A stretch of DNA of 64,000 nt from Thermoleophilia bacterium. Lineage in GTDB: Bacteria; Actinomycetota; Thermoleophilia; BMS3ABIN01. A model generated the notes under the pieces. That model ran no database searches, had not been told where the DNA came from, and saw nothing but the letters and a program-made list of their open reading frames with translations. Every line of letters starts with the position of its first letter. The stretch's first letter is position 1. Location: positions 5,955-69,954 of the forward strand of contig JACWAM010000018.1 in NCBI GenBank assembly GCA_014874265.1, read 5' to 3'. Below, one piece after another: positions 9,339 through 18,712 of this stretch. Position numbers and translations under genes: made by a program.

Positions 9339-9369
9339 AAGCGGGAAGCTCGTCTTCCCGCTTTTTTTG
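9339..9369 (+). terminator. rho-independent terminator after trxA
   Basis: aagcgggaag-ctcgt-cttcccgctt followed by TTTTTT. Confidence 0.85.
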
Positions 9370-9453
9370 TGGCGCGCTCTCGGATTGTTGATGTGTTAAG
9401 CGACAGATAAGGCGAGGTAAAGAAGCCGATCCGGCGGCAATCTGTGTAGCGCT

Positions 9454-10944
9454 CTAGTAATGAATGCGCACGACCGTCCCGATCGGCGTCCAGTCCCACA
9501 GCCAGTGGGCGTCCGGCACCGGCAGCCCCACGCAACCGTGGCTGGTCGGGACGCCGAACCGGGTGGCCCAGTAGTTGCCATGGATGGTATAGTCGCCGTT
9601 AAACATCAGCACCCAGGGGACGTTGGGCGCGTTGTAACCGGGACCGGACATGTTGACCTTGTCCGCCTTGGCGTAGACGGTATAGGTTCCCGTGAGGCTC
9701 GGCGTTGCCTGGGAGCCGCTGGAGCAGATGAGTGTCCGGACGAGCTGGTTATTGTCATAAGCGCGAACCCTTTGCTCAGTCAAGTTGACATCGATCATCT
9801 TTGAAGGCTGGACGGTAAAGGTGCTCTGGACATCCTCCCGGAGAAAACTGCCACTGACTCCCCTGAGCGCGTCCTGCCCACCCTTCAGTTTAATGGTTAC
9901 TTTGCTGCCTTCGGTCCAATCCTGGTCGGGTTTAAACTCAAGCCTGTTTGGTTTGACCCAGGCCCATGATCCAGGTGTGGCGGGATCGATTGACACCAGG
10001 TCTTTGACGGCATCCTGATTCTTAATGTCCTCGGAGAAAGTCAGCGTCGGCCGCTCGCCGGTGGCGACAGCGGCCTCTCCATCTCCCGGGACAAACTCAA
10101 CTTTGAGCGGTTCGGTGGTTGAGACTTTTTGAGTGTAACTATGCGGCATCTGGACACCGTTCTTGCCGGTCGCTGCCGTTATCGTCAGGTTGAATTTCTC
10201 GCCTTGCTGATAAGGGGTATTGAGATCAATGTACGCTCGGGTCGGGTTTTTGCTATCGATGCGTGAAGAGCTCTTTATATCTGGTGACAGCTGATAGGAA
10301 AAAGACTTGATTGGTGTATTGAAGTCAACTGTAATTGGCTGCCCCATCGGGACTACCTGGACATTCTGGGAAAATATTGGCGCCGGCGTTGTGATTGTCG
10401 TAAACGAAAAATGGTCCGTGACTTGATTATGATGGGGACCGGTAAATGTGAGGCTGGTAAGCTCGGCGCTGACAGTAACGTCATAGCGGCAGTTGGAATG
10501 CAGTTGCATCGGCCCCCCCGAGGTGAGAAAGACGCCGTCCTGGAGATGACCGTCGATGTTTTTTTCTCCCGTGGAAGAGCCGGCGGGATCCAGCGAAGTC
10601 TCCTTCACCGTCACGCTCTTGATGCTGCCGCGCAGCCAGCTCGTCGATATTTTCAGCTGTTGATCGAGCGGTACCTCTTTGCTGCCATCTGCCGGTGAGA
10701 TTTTTACCGACGCGGGAAAAACTGACCCCAATGTGATGTAAAGGAGGATGATGACCGCCAGGAGGGAGATTCCCGCAAGGGCAATTGTCCTGCGCCGGCG
10801 GGAGTTCAGCGGAATACTGTTATGCCTCTGTATGGATGTAACCCTACTCATGAGCCGCGCCCGTAACCACCTCGAAGCTGTGGGCATATAACTATTATAT
10901 CGCGGCTGGTCCCTAAGAAAAAACCGGCAGGAGCGGTACGACAA
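9454..10944 (-). CDS. L,D-transpeptidase (YkuD domain) with N-terminal TM anchor and Ig-like repeats
   Basis: 496 aa with C-terminal HGNYWATRFGVPTSHGCVGLPVPDAHWLW, the catalytic His/Cys of the YkuD fold. Confidence 0.8.
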   Translation of the reverse strand: MSYRSCRFFLRDQPRYNSYMPTASRWLRARLMSRVTSIQRHNSIPLNSRRRRTIALAGISLLAVIILLYITLGSVFPASVKISPADGSKEVPLDQQLKISTSWLRGSIKSVTVKETSLDPAGSSTGEKNIDGHLQDGVFLTSGGPMQLHSNCRYDVTVSAELTSLTFTGPHHNQVTDHFSFTTITTPAPIFSQNVQVVPMGQPITVDFNTPIKSFSYQLSPDIKSSSRIDSKNPTRAYIDLNTPYQQGEKFNLTITAATGKNGVQMPHSYTQKVSTTEPLKVEFVPGDGEAAVATGERPTLTFSEDIKNQDAVKDLVSIDPATPGSWAWVKPNRLEFKPDQDWTEGSKVTIKLKGGQDALRGVSGSFLREDVQSTFTVQPSKMIDVNLTEQRVRAYDNNQLVRTLICSSGSQATPSLTGTYTVYAKADKVNMSGPGYNAPNVPWVLMFNGDYTIHGNYWATRFGVPTSHGCVGLPVPDAHWLWDWTPIGTVVRIHY

Positions 10945-10984
10945 CTCTAATCGAAAGATTTGCCAAGCCGATATTTATAATACG

Positions 10985-11070
10985 AGAACGAAAAAGGCAA
11001 ACCCATCGCGAGGTGGGGGCGCAAAGCTAGGGGTCTCCGAGAGAGACAGCCCGGCCGCCGAAGCTTGATA
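10985..11070 (+). promoter_or_regulatory. c-di-GMP-I (GEMM) riboswitch aptamer
   Basis: aaGGCAAACC-CAUCGCGAGGUGGG-GGCGCAAAGC-uaGGGGUCUCcgagaGAGACaGCCC. The GGCAAACC ... (GNRA hairpin) ... ACGCAAAGC hallmark is present, with P2 capped by the GCGA tetraloop. Confidence 0.7.
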
Positions 11071-11108
11071 AGCTGCTCTGGTTTGAGTGGCAAAGATGCT
11101 CGCACCGC

Positions 11109-11149
11109 AGCTCATCTCCTCTGACCCGTCGGGCAGGATGAGCTTTTTT
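11109..11149 (+). terminator. intrinsic terminator (riboswitch expression platform)
   Basis: agctcatctcctctgacccgtcgggcaggatgagct followed by TTTTT. Long GC stem with a T-run. Confidence 0.75.
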
Positions 11150-11218
11150 ACGCTCCCATCGGGAAGCCAAGCGCAAGCAAAGCAGCGACGCGGTTTGTCC
11201 ATTGAGCTGGCAGGAACA

Positions 11219-11650
11219 ATGGACAACGCAGGCAAAACAGGCACAAGAACAGGTAGCAACGGCAGATATCAGGCTTTGGTGCCAATGCTCATCTTGCTCG
11301 CTTGCGTTTGGCTTGTTCCGGCAGGGGGCGCCCTGGCGGTGTCTTCTCCCTCTCAAAGCGGCTCTACCAGTGTTTCCGTTACCGTCAGGGATGCTGTTTT
11401 TGTCAATGCTGCCAATCCCCTGCTCAGCGCTCCGCATGGATCACAAAAGCTTCAGATCACCACAACAATCGTCACCCGGACGGCATCCGGCTGTCACGAG
11501 ACTCAGTTGAAATCAGCAGGAGAGGCAGGACTCCCAATCGGGCAAGAGGCAGTCTCGGCCGCCGGAGCCGTCCGGGGCGGCTGCGCCCACCCAATGGCCG
11601 GATCGGCGTCCGGACCAACCGAGGTTTTTGTTACGGTGACGATGCTCTAA
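11219..11650 (+). CDS. small secreted protein of unknown function (Sec signal peptide; Ser/Thr/Val-rich beta-type mature region, two Cys)
   Basis: MDNAGKTGTRTGSNGRYQALVPMLILLACVWLVPAGGALA|VSSP... The track ORF 11087..11650 starts inside the riboswitch. ATG 11219 has AGGA 4 nt upstream; ATG 11285 is an alternative start. Confidence 0.45.
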   Translation: MDNAGKTGTRTGSNGRYQALVPMLILLACVWLVPAGGALAVSSPSQSGSTSVSVTVRDAVFVNAANPLLSAPHGSQKLQITTTIVTRTASGCHETQLKSAGEAGLPIGQEAVSAAGAVRGGCAHPMAGSASGPTEVFVTVTML

Positions 11651-11651
11651 G

Positions 11652-11703
11652 GGCTATCTCAAAGTCACATACCTGCCCTCCCTGGAACGATTTTGAGATA
11701 GCC
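11652..11703 (+). other. 12-bp perfect inverted repeat (ggctatctcaaa / tttgagatagcc) with 28-nt loop just after the secreted-protein stop
   Basis: Seen directly; no T-run follows it. Confidence 0.4.
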
Positions 11704-11954
11704 TTTACCGGTCTCAATCGCCTCTTTCGTTAAGTACCTCTTTCTGAGCCGCTAATTTCCTGTCGGAACAGGCTCCGCAGCCCGAAAAAACTTGCATTCC
11801 ATAGATTTAAAGGAAAAAGAAATCGGGTAGTAGAAATACTTCCTGCGGCCGCATACCAGTTGGCGCCGCGCTCCTCGAAAGGCCCTGCGTGCCCAAGAAA
11901 AATGAGCATCTGGTTTTTTGGCTTTGACTTTGCGCTCCCGGGTCCCAAGGAACA

Positions 11955-12455
11955 GTGAAAGCGATGAGTGATGACAGGAGGCAGATGGACATTCAAGAGA
12001 TGGTTGATCGAAGGATCGCCGAAATAACATCCCGGGCGGAACCAGAAAACCGCACAAGAGGAAATGAGAGTGAGCGTGAGCCCGGAGCCGCCCCTGTCAG
12101 CCAACTTGACAGGTTGGCTGAATTTGGAGAAATCATGGATGCAGCCCTGACCCAGGTAGCAGCCGAGGTTCTCGATGTAACCGAGCGCCTTGCGGGAGAC
12201 TATACGCGGCTGGAAAAGAACATTCTGAAATCAAAGCTGGAGGCGCTTAACGCTGTCGAGTCCGTTCTGGATACGGCTCTGTTTTTGAGGCGCGAGGCCA
12301 GGGAACGCCTGAGCCAGATTGAGAAAGGATTGCGCCGTGAAGTGGAAATCCCCGCTTCGAGGCGGGAAAGCGTTAGGGAACCGGTCACTCCGGAAGGAAG
12401 CCAGCGCGCCAGCATGCACGAAGGCGTTGCCGCACTGTTTAGAAGAACGCTTTGA
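11955..12455 (+). CDS. hypothetical charged/coiled-coil protein
   Basis: 166 aa, Glu/Arg/Leu-rich heptad-like sequence, no recognisable domain. Precedes the GGDEF gene. Confidence 0.35.
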   Translation: MKAMSDDRRQMDIQEMVDRRIAEITSRAEPENRTRGNESEREPGAAPVSQLDRLAEFGEIMDAALTQVAAEVLDVTERLAGDYTRLEKNILKSKLEALNAVESVLDTALFLRREARERLSQIEKGLRREVEIPASRRESVREPVTPEGSQRASMHEGVAALFRRTL

Positions 12456-12521
12456 CGTCCGAAAGATTCCGTACCATTGTCGCGCCGATAAGGGCGGTGC
12501 GGCGCGAGAGCATTTGATTGC

Positions 12522-13538
12522 ATGGAACAATCTTTCACATCGGGAGGCAGTCCGGGCGCTAACGCGGCGGAAGTGGTGGCGCGCAAAGCCGGCGAGTCAC
12601 TCAAGAGCAATGAAACCTGGATCGTCAGGGAGTGGATCAAGGGGATCATTGACGATCTTGGTCTGCTTTCACTGAAAGAATTTCCCAGCGGCGAGCTGGC
12701 AGGCAGTCTTCCGGGGATGATCCAGGCAATAGCCAGAGCCGTTTCTGACCCCGGTGAGGACCTCGCGGGAAACGCTGATTTGCAGGACGTGGCGGCGCGC
12801 CTGGCGGCGCTCAGGCGGGAAGAGCCAGCGGTCGCCAAGCTGATTGACGACCTGTCACTGCTTAAGAAGGTAATTCTGGCAGCGGCCGCCACGGATCTCA
12901 GGCGCTCGGACCTCGCCGTCCTTGACGTTGTTCAAAATCTTGACGACGGTTTTCGCCACCTGTTTAAGACAGGCATCGAAGCCTACTTCGAGCGCCACTC
13001 GGAAGAGCTGCAGCGGCAGGCCGACACCGACGCGCTCACCGGCCTCTACAACGTCCGCTTTTTTAGGCACCAGCTCCACCGGAATCTGGAAATGTACAAG
13101 CGCTACCGCATCCCTTTTTCGCTTCTGATGGTCGACTTGGATAAACTCAAGCAGCTAAACGATGTCCGCGGTCATGTCGCGGGAGACCTCGCCCTTAAGC
13201 ACCTGGCCAATATCATGACCGGCGAGAAACGGGAGACCGATGTTGCCGTCCGTTACGGCGGTGATGAGTTTTTCCTGCTGGCTCCCGGAACAACGGCCGA
13301 GGATGCCGAGCGCCTGGCGCGCCGGATAATCGACCGGGTAAAAGCGCTCAACCTGAGCACCTCCGGACGCGAGATGACCGGCGCCTCCATTGGCGTCGTC
13401 TGGTGCCCTGGAGACGGCACAGATGTTGGCACTCTGCGGGCAAAGGCGGACCGCGCCCTCTACCTGGCCAAATCGATTGGCGGCGCCGCGGTGGCGCATT
13501 ATGTCGAGTTCAGCGTGCAGCCGCAGATTGTGTTTTAA
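12522..13538 (+). CDS. diguanylate cyclase (GGDEF) with N-terminal sensor domain
   Basis: Motifs RYGGDEFFLL, HVAGDLALK and DALTGLYNVRFF. Confidence 0.85.
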   Translation: MEQSFTSGGSPGANAAEVVARKAGESLKSNETWIVREWIKGIIDDLGLLSLKEFPSGELAGSLPGMIQAIARAVSDPGEDLAGNADLQDVAARLAALRREEPAVAKLIDDLSLLKKVILAAAATDLRRSDLAVLDVVQNLDDGFRHLFKTGIEAYFERHSEELQRQADTDALTGLYNVRFFRHQLHRNLEMYKRYRIPFSLLMVDLDKLKQLNDVRGHVAGDLALKHLANIMTGEKRETDVAVRYGGDEFFLLAPGTTAEDAERLARRIIDRVKALNLSTSGREMTGASIGVVWCPGDGTDVGTLRAKADRALYLAKSIGGAAVAHYVEFSVQPQIVF

Positions 13539-14371
13539 CCCGGCGTCACCTTTTGACATGCCGGACAAAAATATGTTCCTCTCCCCCCCACCCTGATTTT
13601 CTCGACGCTACCCCCGCAACCGGGACAGGGCTCGCCCTGGCGGCGGTGGACGCGGAAGGTCTCCTGAAACCTGCCGCGCCTCCCCAGGGCGCTCCGGTAA
13701 TTGCTAATCGAGCTGCCCTCCAGCTTAATGGCGTCCCTGAGCGTGGATTTAATGGCGCCGCTTAGCCGCTTTACCTCGGCCTCGTTGAGGCTGCCGGCCT
13801 CGCGAAGCGGATGGATCCAGGCGCGAAACAGCGCCTCATCAGCATAAATGTTGCCGATGCCCGCAATAACCCCCTGGTCAAGCAGGAGCGATTTTACGGG
13901 CCGTTTTCTGTTTCGGACCAGGCGGGCCAGCTGAACCGCGCCAAACGACCGCGTAAGGGGTTCCGGCCCCAGACGGTCAAACAGGGAGGCTGCCTCCGGC
14001 GCCGTCAGAAGCGCCGCCGTGCCGAATCGTCGCTGATCCTGAAAAACGAGACTGTCGCCGTCGGTAAATTCGAGGATTAAGCTAAGGTGCGGCCAGTTGC
14101 TCTGGCTGGCGCCCTTTTCCACGAAAGTGAGCACACCCGTCATCCGCAAATGGATAATCATCATGTCGCCGTCATCCAGCTCCAGGCAAAGATATTTTCC
14201 CCGCCGTGTGACGCCGCTGATCTTTTTTCCCGGCAGCTTCTTCGCCAGTGCCTGCGGGTTCGCCGGTCTGGTCATCCTGGCGTCGATTACGCGCACGTGC
14301 ATGATCTCCTTGCCGGTAAGCACCGGCTTAAGCTGGCGCCGGATCGTCTCAACTTCGGGAAGTTCTGGCAG
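13535..14371 (-). CDS. fpg: formamidopyrimidine-DNA glycosylase (Fpg/MutM)
   Basis: Upstream in-frame codons read L-PELPEVETIRRQL-, so the true start is a non-ATG codon (CTG 14371..14369) before catalytic Pro2. The track ORF begins at an internal Met. C-terminal CPGCGG...YFCPACQ zinc finger. Confidence 0.8.
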   Translation of the reverse strand: MPELPEVETIRRQLKPVLTGKEIMHVRVIDARMTRPANPQALAKKLPGKKISGVTRRGKYLCLELDDGDMMIIHLRMTGVLTFVEKGASQSNWPHLSLILEFTDGDSLVFQDQRRFGTAALLTAPEAASLFDRLGPEPLTRSFGAVQLARLVRNRKRPVKSLLLDQGVIAGIGNIYADEALFRAWIHPLREAGSLNEAEVKRLSGAIKSTLRDAIKLEGSSISNYRSALGRRGRFQETFRVHRRQGEPCPGCGGSVEKIRVGGRGTYFCPACQKVTPG

Positions 14372-14386
14372 TGATTGCTCCTTTTG

Positions 14387-15592
14387 CTAAAGAGGTTTTA
14401 CGGGCGCCCTCAAGAGCGCTCCGCTCGCTAGCACCAGCAAGACACTAGCAAAAAATATGACTGCATCAAACGCCATTGGCGCCTCCGTGCTGATGGCGTG
14501 CCACAACAGCGGCGCCGCCACGGCGCTGCCGATGATGCTTCCCCACTCTCCGAAGGAGCCGATAAAGCCGGTTACCGCTCCGCGCTCAAATGGCCGGGTA
14601 ACGTCGCCAATCAATGAGAGGAACGAATTAAAGTAAGCGGGCGCGCCCAGGCCGCCCACCGCGAAAGCGGCTATCGTCAGAGCAGTACCGGGATGAAACA
14701 GCACCGCAAGGCTTTCCAGCCCCATGATGATGAGGCCGGCCATCATGACGCCGATCCGTCCCTGGCGATCGGAGAGCTGGCCCAGCGTCGGGCTGGAGAT
14801 GGCGGAAACGGCGCCGCTGACGGCCAGCGCCACCGCCACCAGGCCGACGCCCCAGCCCAGTTTTTCCGCCGTGATAATTGGCGCCATCGTCAGGAAAATG
14901 GTGATTCCCATCCACTGGAGAAAGTGAATCATCGATAACGCAAAGGAGCGCCGCGAAATCACCGGGGCCAGCAGCTCTTTCAGGAAATAGCGATCCGGCC
15001 GGGAAGGCCTGTCGGGAGCATGCGAGTAGGACACTTCCGGAATTCGCAGACTTAGCAACAGGCAAATTGCGGCCAGGGCGCCGCCGATCCAGAAAGGAGT
15101 CCCGATTGAATACGTCTGTGACAGAAAACCGGCGAGCAGGGGGCCGACGATTACGCCAATGTTGATGGCGCTGCTGTTGATGCCGTTCGCCAGGCCCCTT
15201 AGCTCCATCGGTGTACAATCGTTGATGTATGCCTGGGAGCCAACAACAAAGGCGGAAGCGGCCACACCCTGCAGCAGCCTTAAAAACATCATCAGCTCGG
15301 GGGTTGTCGTGAGCGCGTAGGCCGCGGTCGCGACCGCGGACAGGGATAGCGCCGCCCACATTACCAGCCGGCGGCCGATGTAATCTGACACGATGCCCAC
15401 CGGGAATTCAAACAGTACACGGCCGGCGAAAAAGGAGGCTACCAGGATTCCGATCTGAAAATCATTAAACGACAGCTGGCTGATGTAGCGGGGAAGCAGC
15501 GGCAGTAGCATCATGAAGCCGGTCATGACGGCCCCGTTAGCTAAAGCCAGCACCATGATGCTCCAGTGGAGTTGACGGACGGATCTAAACAA
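14387..15592 (-). CDS. MFS transporter
   Basis: 401 aa, 12 predicted TM helices, DYIGRR-type loop motif. Confidence 0.75.
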   Translation of the reverse strand: MFRSVRQLHWSIMVLALANGAVMTGFMMLLPLLPRYISQLSFNDFQIGILVASFFAGRVLFEFPVGIVSDYIGRRLVMWAALSLSAVATAAYALTTTPELMMFLRLLQGVAASAFVVGSQAYINDCTPMELRGLANGINSSAINIGVIVGPLLAGFLSQTYSIGTPFWIGGALAAICLLLSLRIPEVSYSHAPDRPSRPDRYFLKELLAPVISRRSFALSMIHFLQWMGITIFLTMAPIITAEKLGWGVGLVAVALAVSGAVSAISSPTLGQLSDRQGRIGVMMAGLIIMGLESLAVLFHPGTALTIAAFAVGGLGAPAYFNSFLSLIGDVTRPFERGAVTGFIGSFGEWGSIIGSAVAAPLLWHAISTEAPMAFDAVIFFASVLLVLASGALLRAPVKPL

Positions 15593-15617
15593 CGTATCGG
15601 CTATCGGCCGGAGCCGC

Positions 15618-17333
15618 TCACATCCGCTCTGGAGCCGAGACCCCGACCAGATCGAGTGAGCGCGCGATGACGTTACGGGTCAGCCGACAGAGTTCGAGGC
15701 GGAAAGCAGCCTGAGCCGGTTCGGCTTTTAGCACCGGACAGTTATGGTAAAAGACATGAAAGGAGGCCGCCAGTTCTCGCACGTAGGCGGTTAGTCGCTG
15801 CGGGCTATGGGTTGTCGACGCCGCCGCCGTGGTGGCCGGAAACCATAAGATATGAAGGATGAGCTCGCGCTCCTGGCGTTCCAGGCTGTCGCCGTGTGGC
15901 TTGCTGGCCGGGATATTCTCTGCTATCGCCCTCCTGAGGATGCTCGAGATACGCGCGTGTGCATACTGAACATAGTAGACCGGATTTTCCTCAGTTTTTT
16001 GTTTTGCTTTTTCCAGATCAAGGTCGAGAGTGCTGTCATGGCTGCGGTCGACCAGAAAGAAGCGGGCGGCGTCAACGCCGATGCTGCCGAGCAGCTCCTC
16101 CAGCGTGACCATCGTACCCGCCCGCTTTGACATCTGTTTCCTTTCTCCCTGCTCGACTAGATTCACCAGTTGACCGATGACGATCTCGAGTTTATCCGGA
16201 TCATGGGAAAGCGCCGCAAAAGCGGCCTGCATCCGGCGAACGTAGCCGTGGTGATCAGCACCCCAGATATTGATCAGGCGGTCAAAGCCGCGCGCGAGCT
16301 TCTGGCTGTGATAGGCGATGTCAGAAGCAAAATAAGTCGGCTCACCGCCGCTCCGGATGAGCACCCTGTCCTTATCGTCGCCGCGGGCCTTCGTTTTTAA
16401 CCACAACGCTTCCTCTTTATCAAATGTCTGTTTTCGCGTCTTGAGCTCGTCGATGGCGGCGGCGGCCTGCCCCGATTCATACAGGCTGGCTTCGGAAAAC
16501 CAGCTGTCGAATCTGACCCGGAACTGCTGCAGCAGGTTCCGCATTTCCGTGAGAACAATCTCGCAGCCTCTTTGCTTGAAAAAATCAACCGCTGACGGTG
16601 ACGCTGACGGTGATACCTGACCGGCCAGCTCGTCTCCGATTTCCTCTTTGATTAAAGCTGCCAGGTGCCGGGGATAGTCGCCGCGGTAGCCATCCTCGGG
16701 AAACTTGGCCGGCATGCCCAGCGCCTCGGCGTATCTGGCCGCCAGGGTCCGGCCGAAGATATTCATCTGGGAACCGTAATCGTTGATGTAAAACTCCGCC
16801 GTGACGTCGGCCGCCTCCAGCGGTCCCTCCCTGCAAAAACGATACCCGGCGAATTCAATGATTCTTTTCAAGGAGTCACCATAGGCAGCGTAACGGGCGT
16901 GTCCCACGTGCAGCTGCCCGGTGGGATTGGCGCTGACATACTCCAGCAGTATCTTCCTGCTCCTGGCGGCCGGCGTCACCGACCCGAACCCAGCGCCCAG
17001 CGCCAGGGAATCGTGCACCGCCTCCATCAGCGCGCCGTCATTAAGGAAAAAGTTGATAAAACCCGGTCCCGTCACTTCATAGCGAGCCAGGTTGCTCAAT
17101 TCATTGTTGGCGCGCATAACCGAGATTAACTTCTCCGCCAGCTCCCGCGGCGGCCGCTTCAGACGGGACGCCGCCACCAGGGCAATACCGGTCGCGAGGT
17201 CACCATGGCCGCGTTTTGACGCCGGCTCGAGCGTGTAGTTTTCCGCCAGATCGCCCGCCCCCCAGGAATTCAGCACCGGCTTCATGGTTTCAGCCACTAC
17301 TTTAAAAAAGTGATTTATAAAATCGTCCGTCAT
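15618..17333 (-). CDS. argS: arginine--tRNA ligase
   Basis: 571 aa with HVGH and QMSKR class-I motifs and an ArgRS anticodon-binding C-terminus. Confidence 0.9.
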   Translation of the reverse strand: MTDDFINHFFKVVAETMKPVLNSWGAGDLAENYTLEPASKRGHGDLATGIALVAASRLKRPPRELAEKLISVMRANNELSNLARYEVTGPGFINFFLNDGALMEAVHDSLALGAGFGSVTPAARSRKILLEYVSANPTGQLHVGHARYAAYGDSLKRIIEFAGYRFCREGPLEAADVTAEFYINDYGSQMNIFGRTLAARYAEALGMPAKFPEDGYRGDYPRHLAALIKEEIGDELAGQVSPSASPSAVDFFKQRGCEIVLTEMRNLLQQFRVRFDSWFSEASLYESGQAAAAIDELKTRKQTFDKEEALWLKTKARGDDKDRVLIRSGGEPTYFASDIAYHSQKLARGFDRLINIWGADHHGYVRRMQAAFAALSHDPDKLEIVIGQLVNLVEQGERKQMSKRAGTMVTLEELLGSIGVDAARFFLVDRSHDSTLDLDLEKAKQKTEENPVYYVQYAHARISSILRRAIAENIPASKPHGDSLERQERELILHILWFPATTAAASTTHSPQRLTAYVRELAASFHVFYHNCPVLKAEPAQAAFRLELCRLTRNVIARSLDLVGVSAPERM

Positions 17334-17561
17334 TTAGCCTTCGCTTCCATTGAGATGTTTTTTTAGCCTGGTTATCTCGCTTGCCGACATGCGTTTTTTG
17401 TTCTCGTCGATCCTGATATCAAGCGAAAGAAAATCACCGGGAGACGCTTCTTCCGGCAGGAGCTTGCGGGGAAGGTTGATCTGCGTTTGATCAATCAGGA
17501 GGACCGCAAAATTACCTTCAAACCGGTCAAGATAAAGATTCAGCAGCTTTGTCAACTTCAC
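17334..17561 (-). CDS. DUF3006-like small protein
   Basis: 75 aa, LDRFEGNFAVLLIDQTQINLPRKLLPEEASPGDFL. Confidence 0.5.
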   Translation of the reverse strand: MKLTKLLNLYLDRFEGNFAVLLIDQTQINLPRKLLPEEASPGDFLSLDIRIDENKKRMSASEITRLKKHLNGSEG

Positions 17562-18571
17562 GAGAAGGGACTGCTTGATGGCGAGAAGAGATTTTCCAGG
17601 GACCGGATCTCATCCGGAGTTCCAACAGTGATCAAAACGTCGTTTTCCTCTAGGACCGCATCCGGGTCTGGGTTTGTGTCAAAAGCGCCACCCGGCTTGC
17701 GCACGGCCAGGATGATGGCGCCGGTTTCTCGTCGCACCTGAAGCTCTTTAATGCTCTTGCCGATGACGCTGTTGTCCGGCTTTAGGATGAATTGCTCAAC
17801 CCGGAGCTGCAGCTCTCCTCCCCCGGTCATGAAATCGAGATAATCACTGACCATCGGCTTTAGCATCAGCGTTGCCATTTCCCGGCCCCCGATGCCGTAG
17901 GGTGAAATGACCTTATTAGCGCCTGCCTTTTCCAGCTTTCCGATTGACTCCTCGACATTTGCGCGCGCAACGATCCAGACGTCCGGCGCCATCACCCGGG
18001 CAGACAGCGTGACGAATACATTGTCAGAATCCGAGTCAACGCAAGCGACCAGGCCTTTGGCCCGGTTAAGACCCGCCGCCGCCAGAATCTCGTCCTCGGT
18101 AGCGTTTCCCTCGAGACACAATCGCCCGTGCTCCTTGCAACGGGCAATGGTGTCATTGCTGGAATCGACGACAACAAATGTCGCGCCGGCCTTGTCAAAC
18201 TCCCGGGCGACCTGTTCCCCAACTCTGCCGTAACCGCAAATGATGTAATGCTCGCTCAGGCCGGAAATTTTTTTCTTCATGCTGCGCTCCCCGAGCAGCT
18301 CGCCCAGATATCCCTCAACCAGAAATCTGATGATGCTGCCGAAAAAATAAATGAGTGTGCCTACGCCGACGACGATCAGCGCCACAGCAAGCAGCTTGCC
18401 GGCCGCCGTTGCCGGGGCCGCCCCCATCCCCACGGTGGAGATCAGCACCACCGTGGTATAAAAAGCGCCAAGGACGCCATAGCCTTCAAACAGGGAAAAC
18501 CCGGCGGTGCCTGCCGCGGCGATCACGATCAGGACCGCCATTAACACGAGTATGCGTTTAAAGGAGATCAT
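17558..18571 (-). CDS. potassium channel protein with RCK/TrkA-N and TrkA-C domains
   Basis: Two TM helices with the pore signature STVGMG, then a GYGRVG Rossmann motif. Confidence 0.75.
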   Translation of the reverse strand: MISFKRILVLMAVLIVIAAAGTAGFSLFEGYGVLGAFYTTVVLISTVGMGAAPATAAGKLLAVALIVVGVGTLIYFFGSIIRFLVEGYLGELLGERSMKKKISGLSEHYIICGYGRVGEQVAREFDKAGATFVVVDSSNDTIARCKEHGRLCLEGNATEDEILAAAGLNRAKGLVACVDSDSDNVFVTLSARVMAPDVWIVARANVEESIGKLEKAGANKVISPYGIGGREMATLMLKPMVSDYLDFMTGGGELQLRVEQFILKPDNSVIGKSIKELQVRRETGAIILAVRKPGGAFDTNPDPDAVLEENDVLITVGTPDEIRSLENLFSPSSSPFS

Positions 18572-18712
18572 GAAACGTCAAGCCGTCTTGGGGGCAATCA
18601 AAGTCTACTAAAGTGAGCATTGGGTTTTCAACGAAAGCGGAAGGTAAAGCGCGTCGCCGGGGCAGCCGCCATGTCAGTCCCTGGCGCGGAAATGCGCAGA
18701 CGCTCGCGGCTG

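Noticed and set aside
10975-11437. Overlapping track ORFs 10975..11259, 11027..11437 (-) and the 5' part of 11087..11650 (+).
   Set aside because: They are Cys/Arg-rich nonsense frames lying over the GEMM aptamer and its terminator. Only the part downstream of about 11219 is plausibly coding.
12200-12892. 230-aa minus-strand ORF over the GGDEF sensor gene, plus similar antisense ORFs at 14628..15359, 24724..25374 and 20478..21014.
   Set aside because: All sit antisense within confidently assigned genes and have Ala/Arg/Ser-rich composition.
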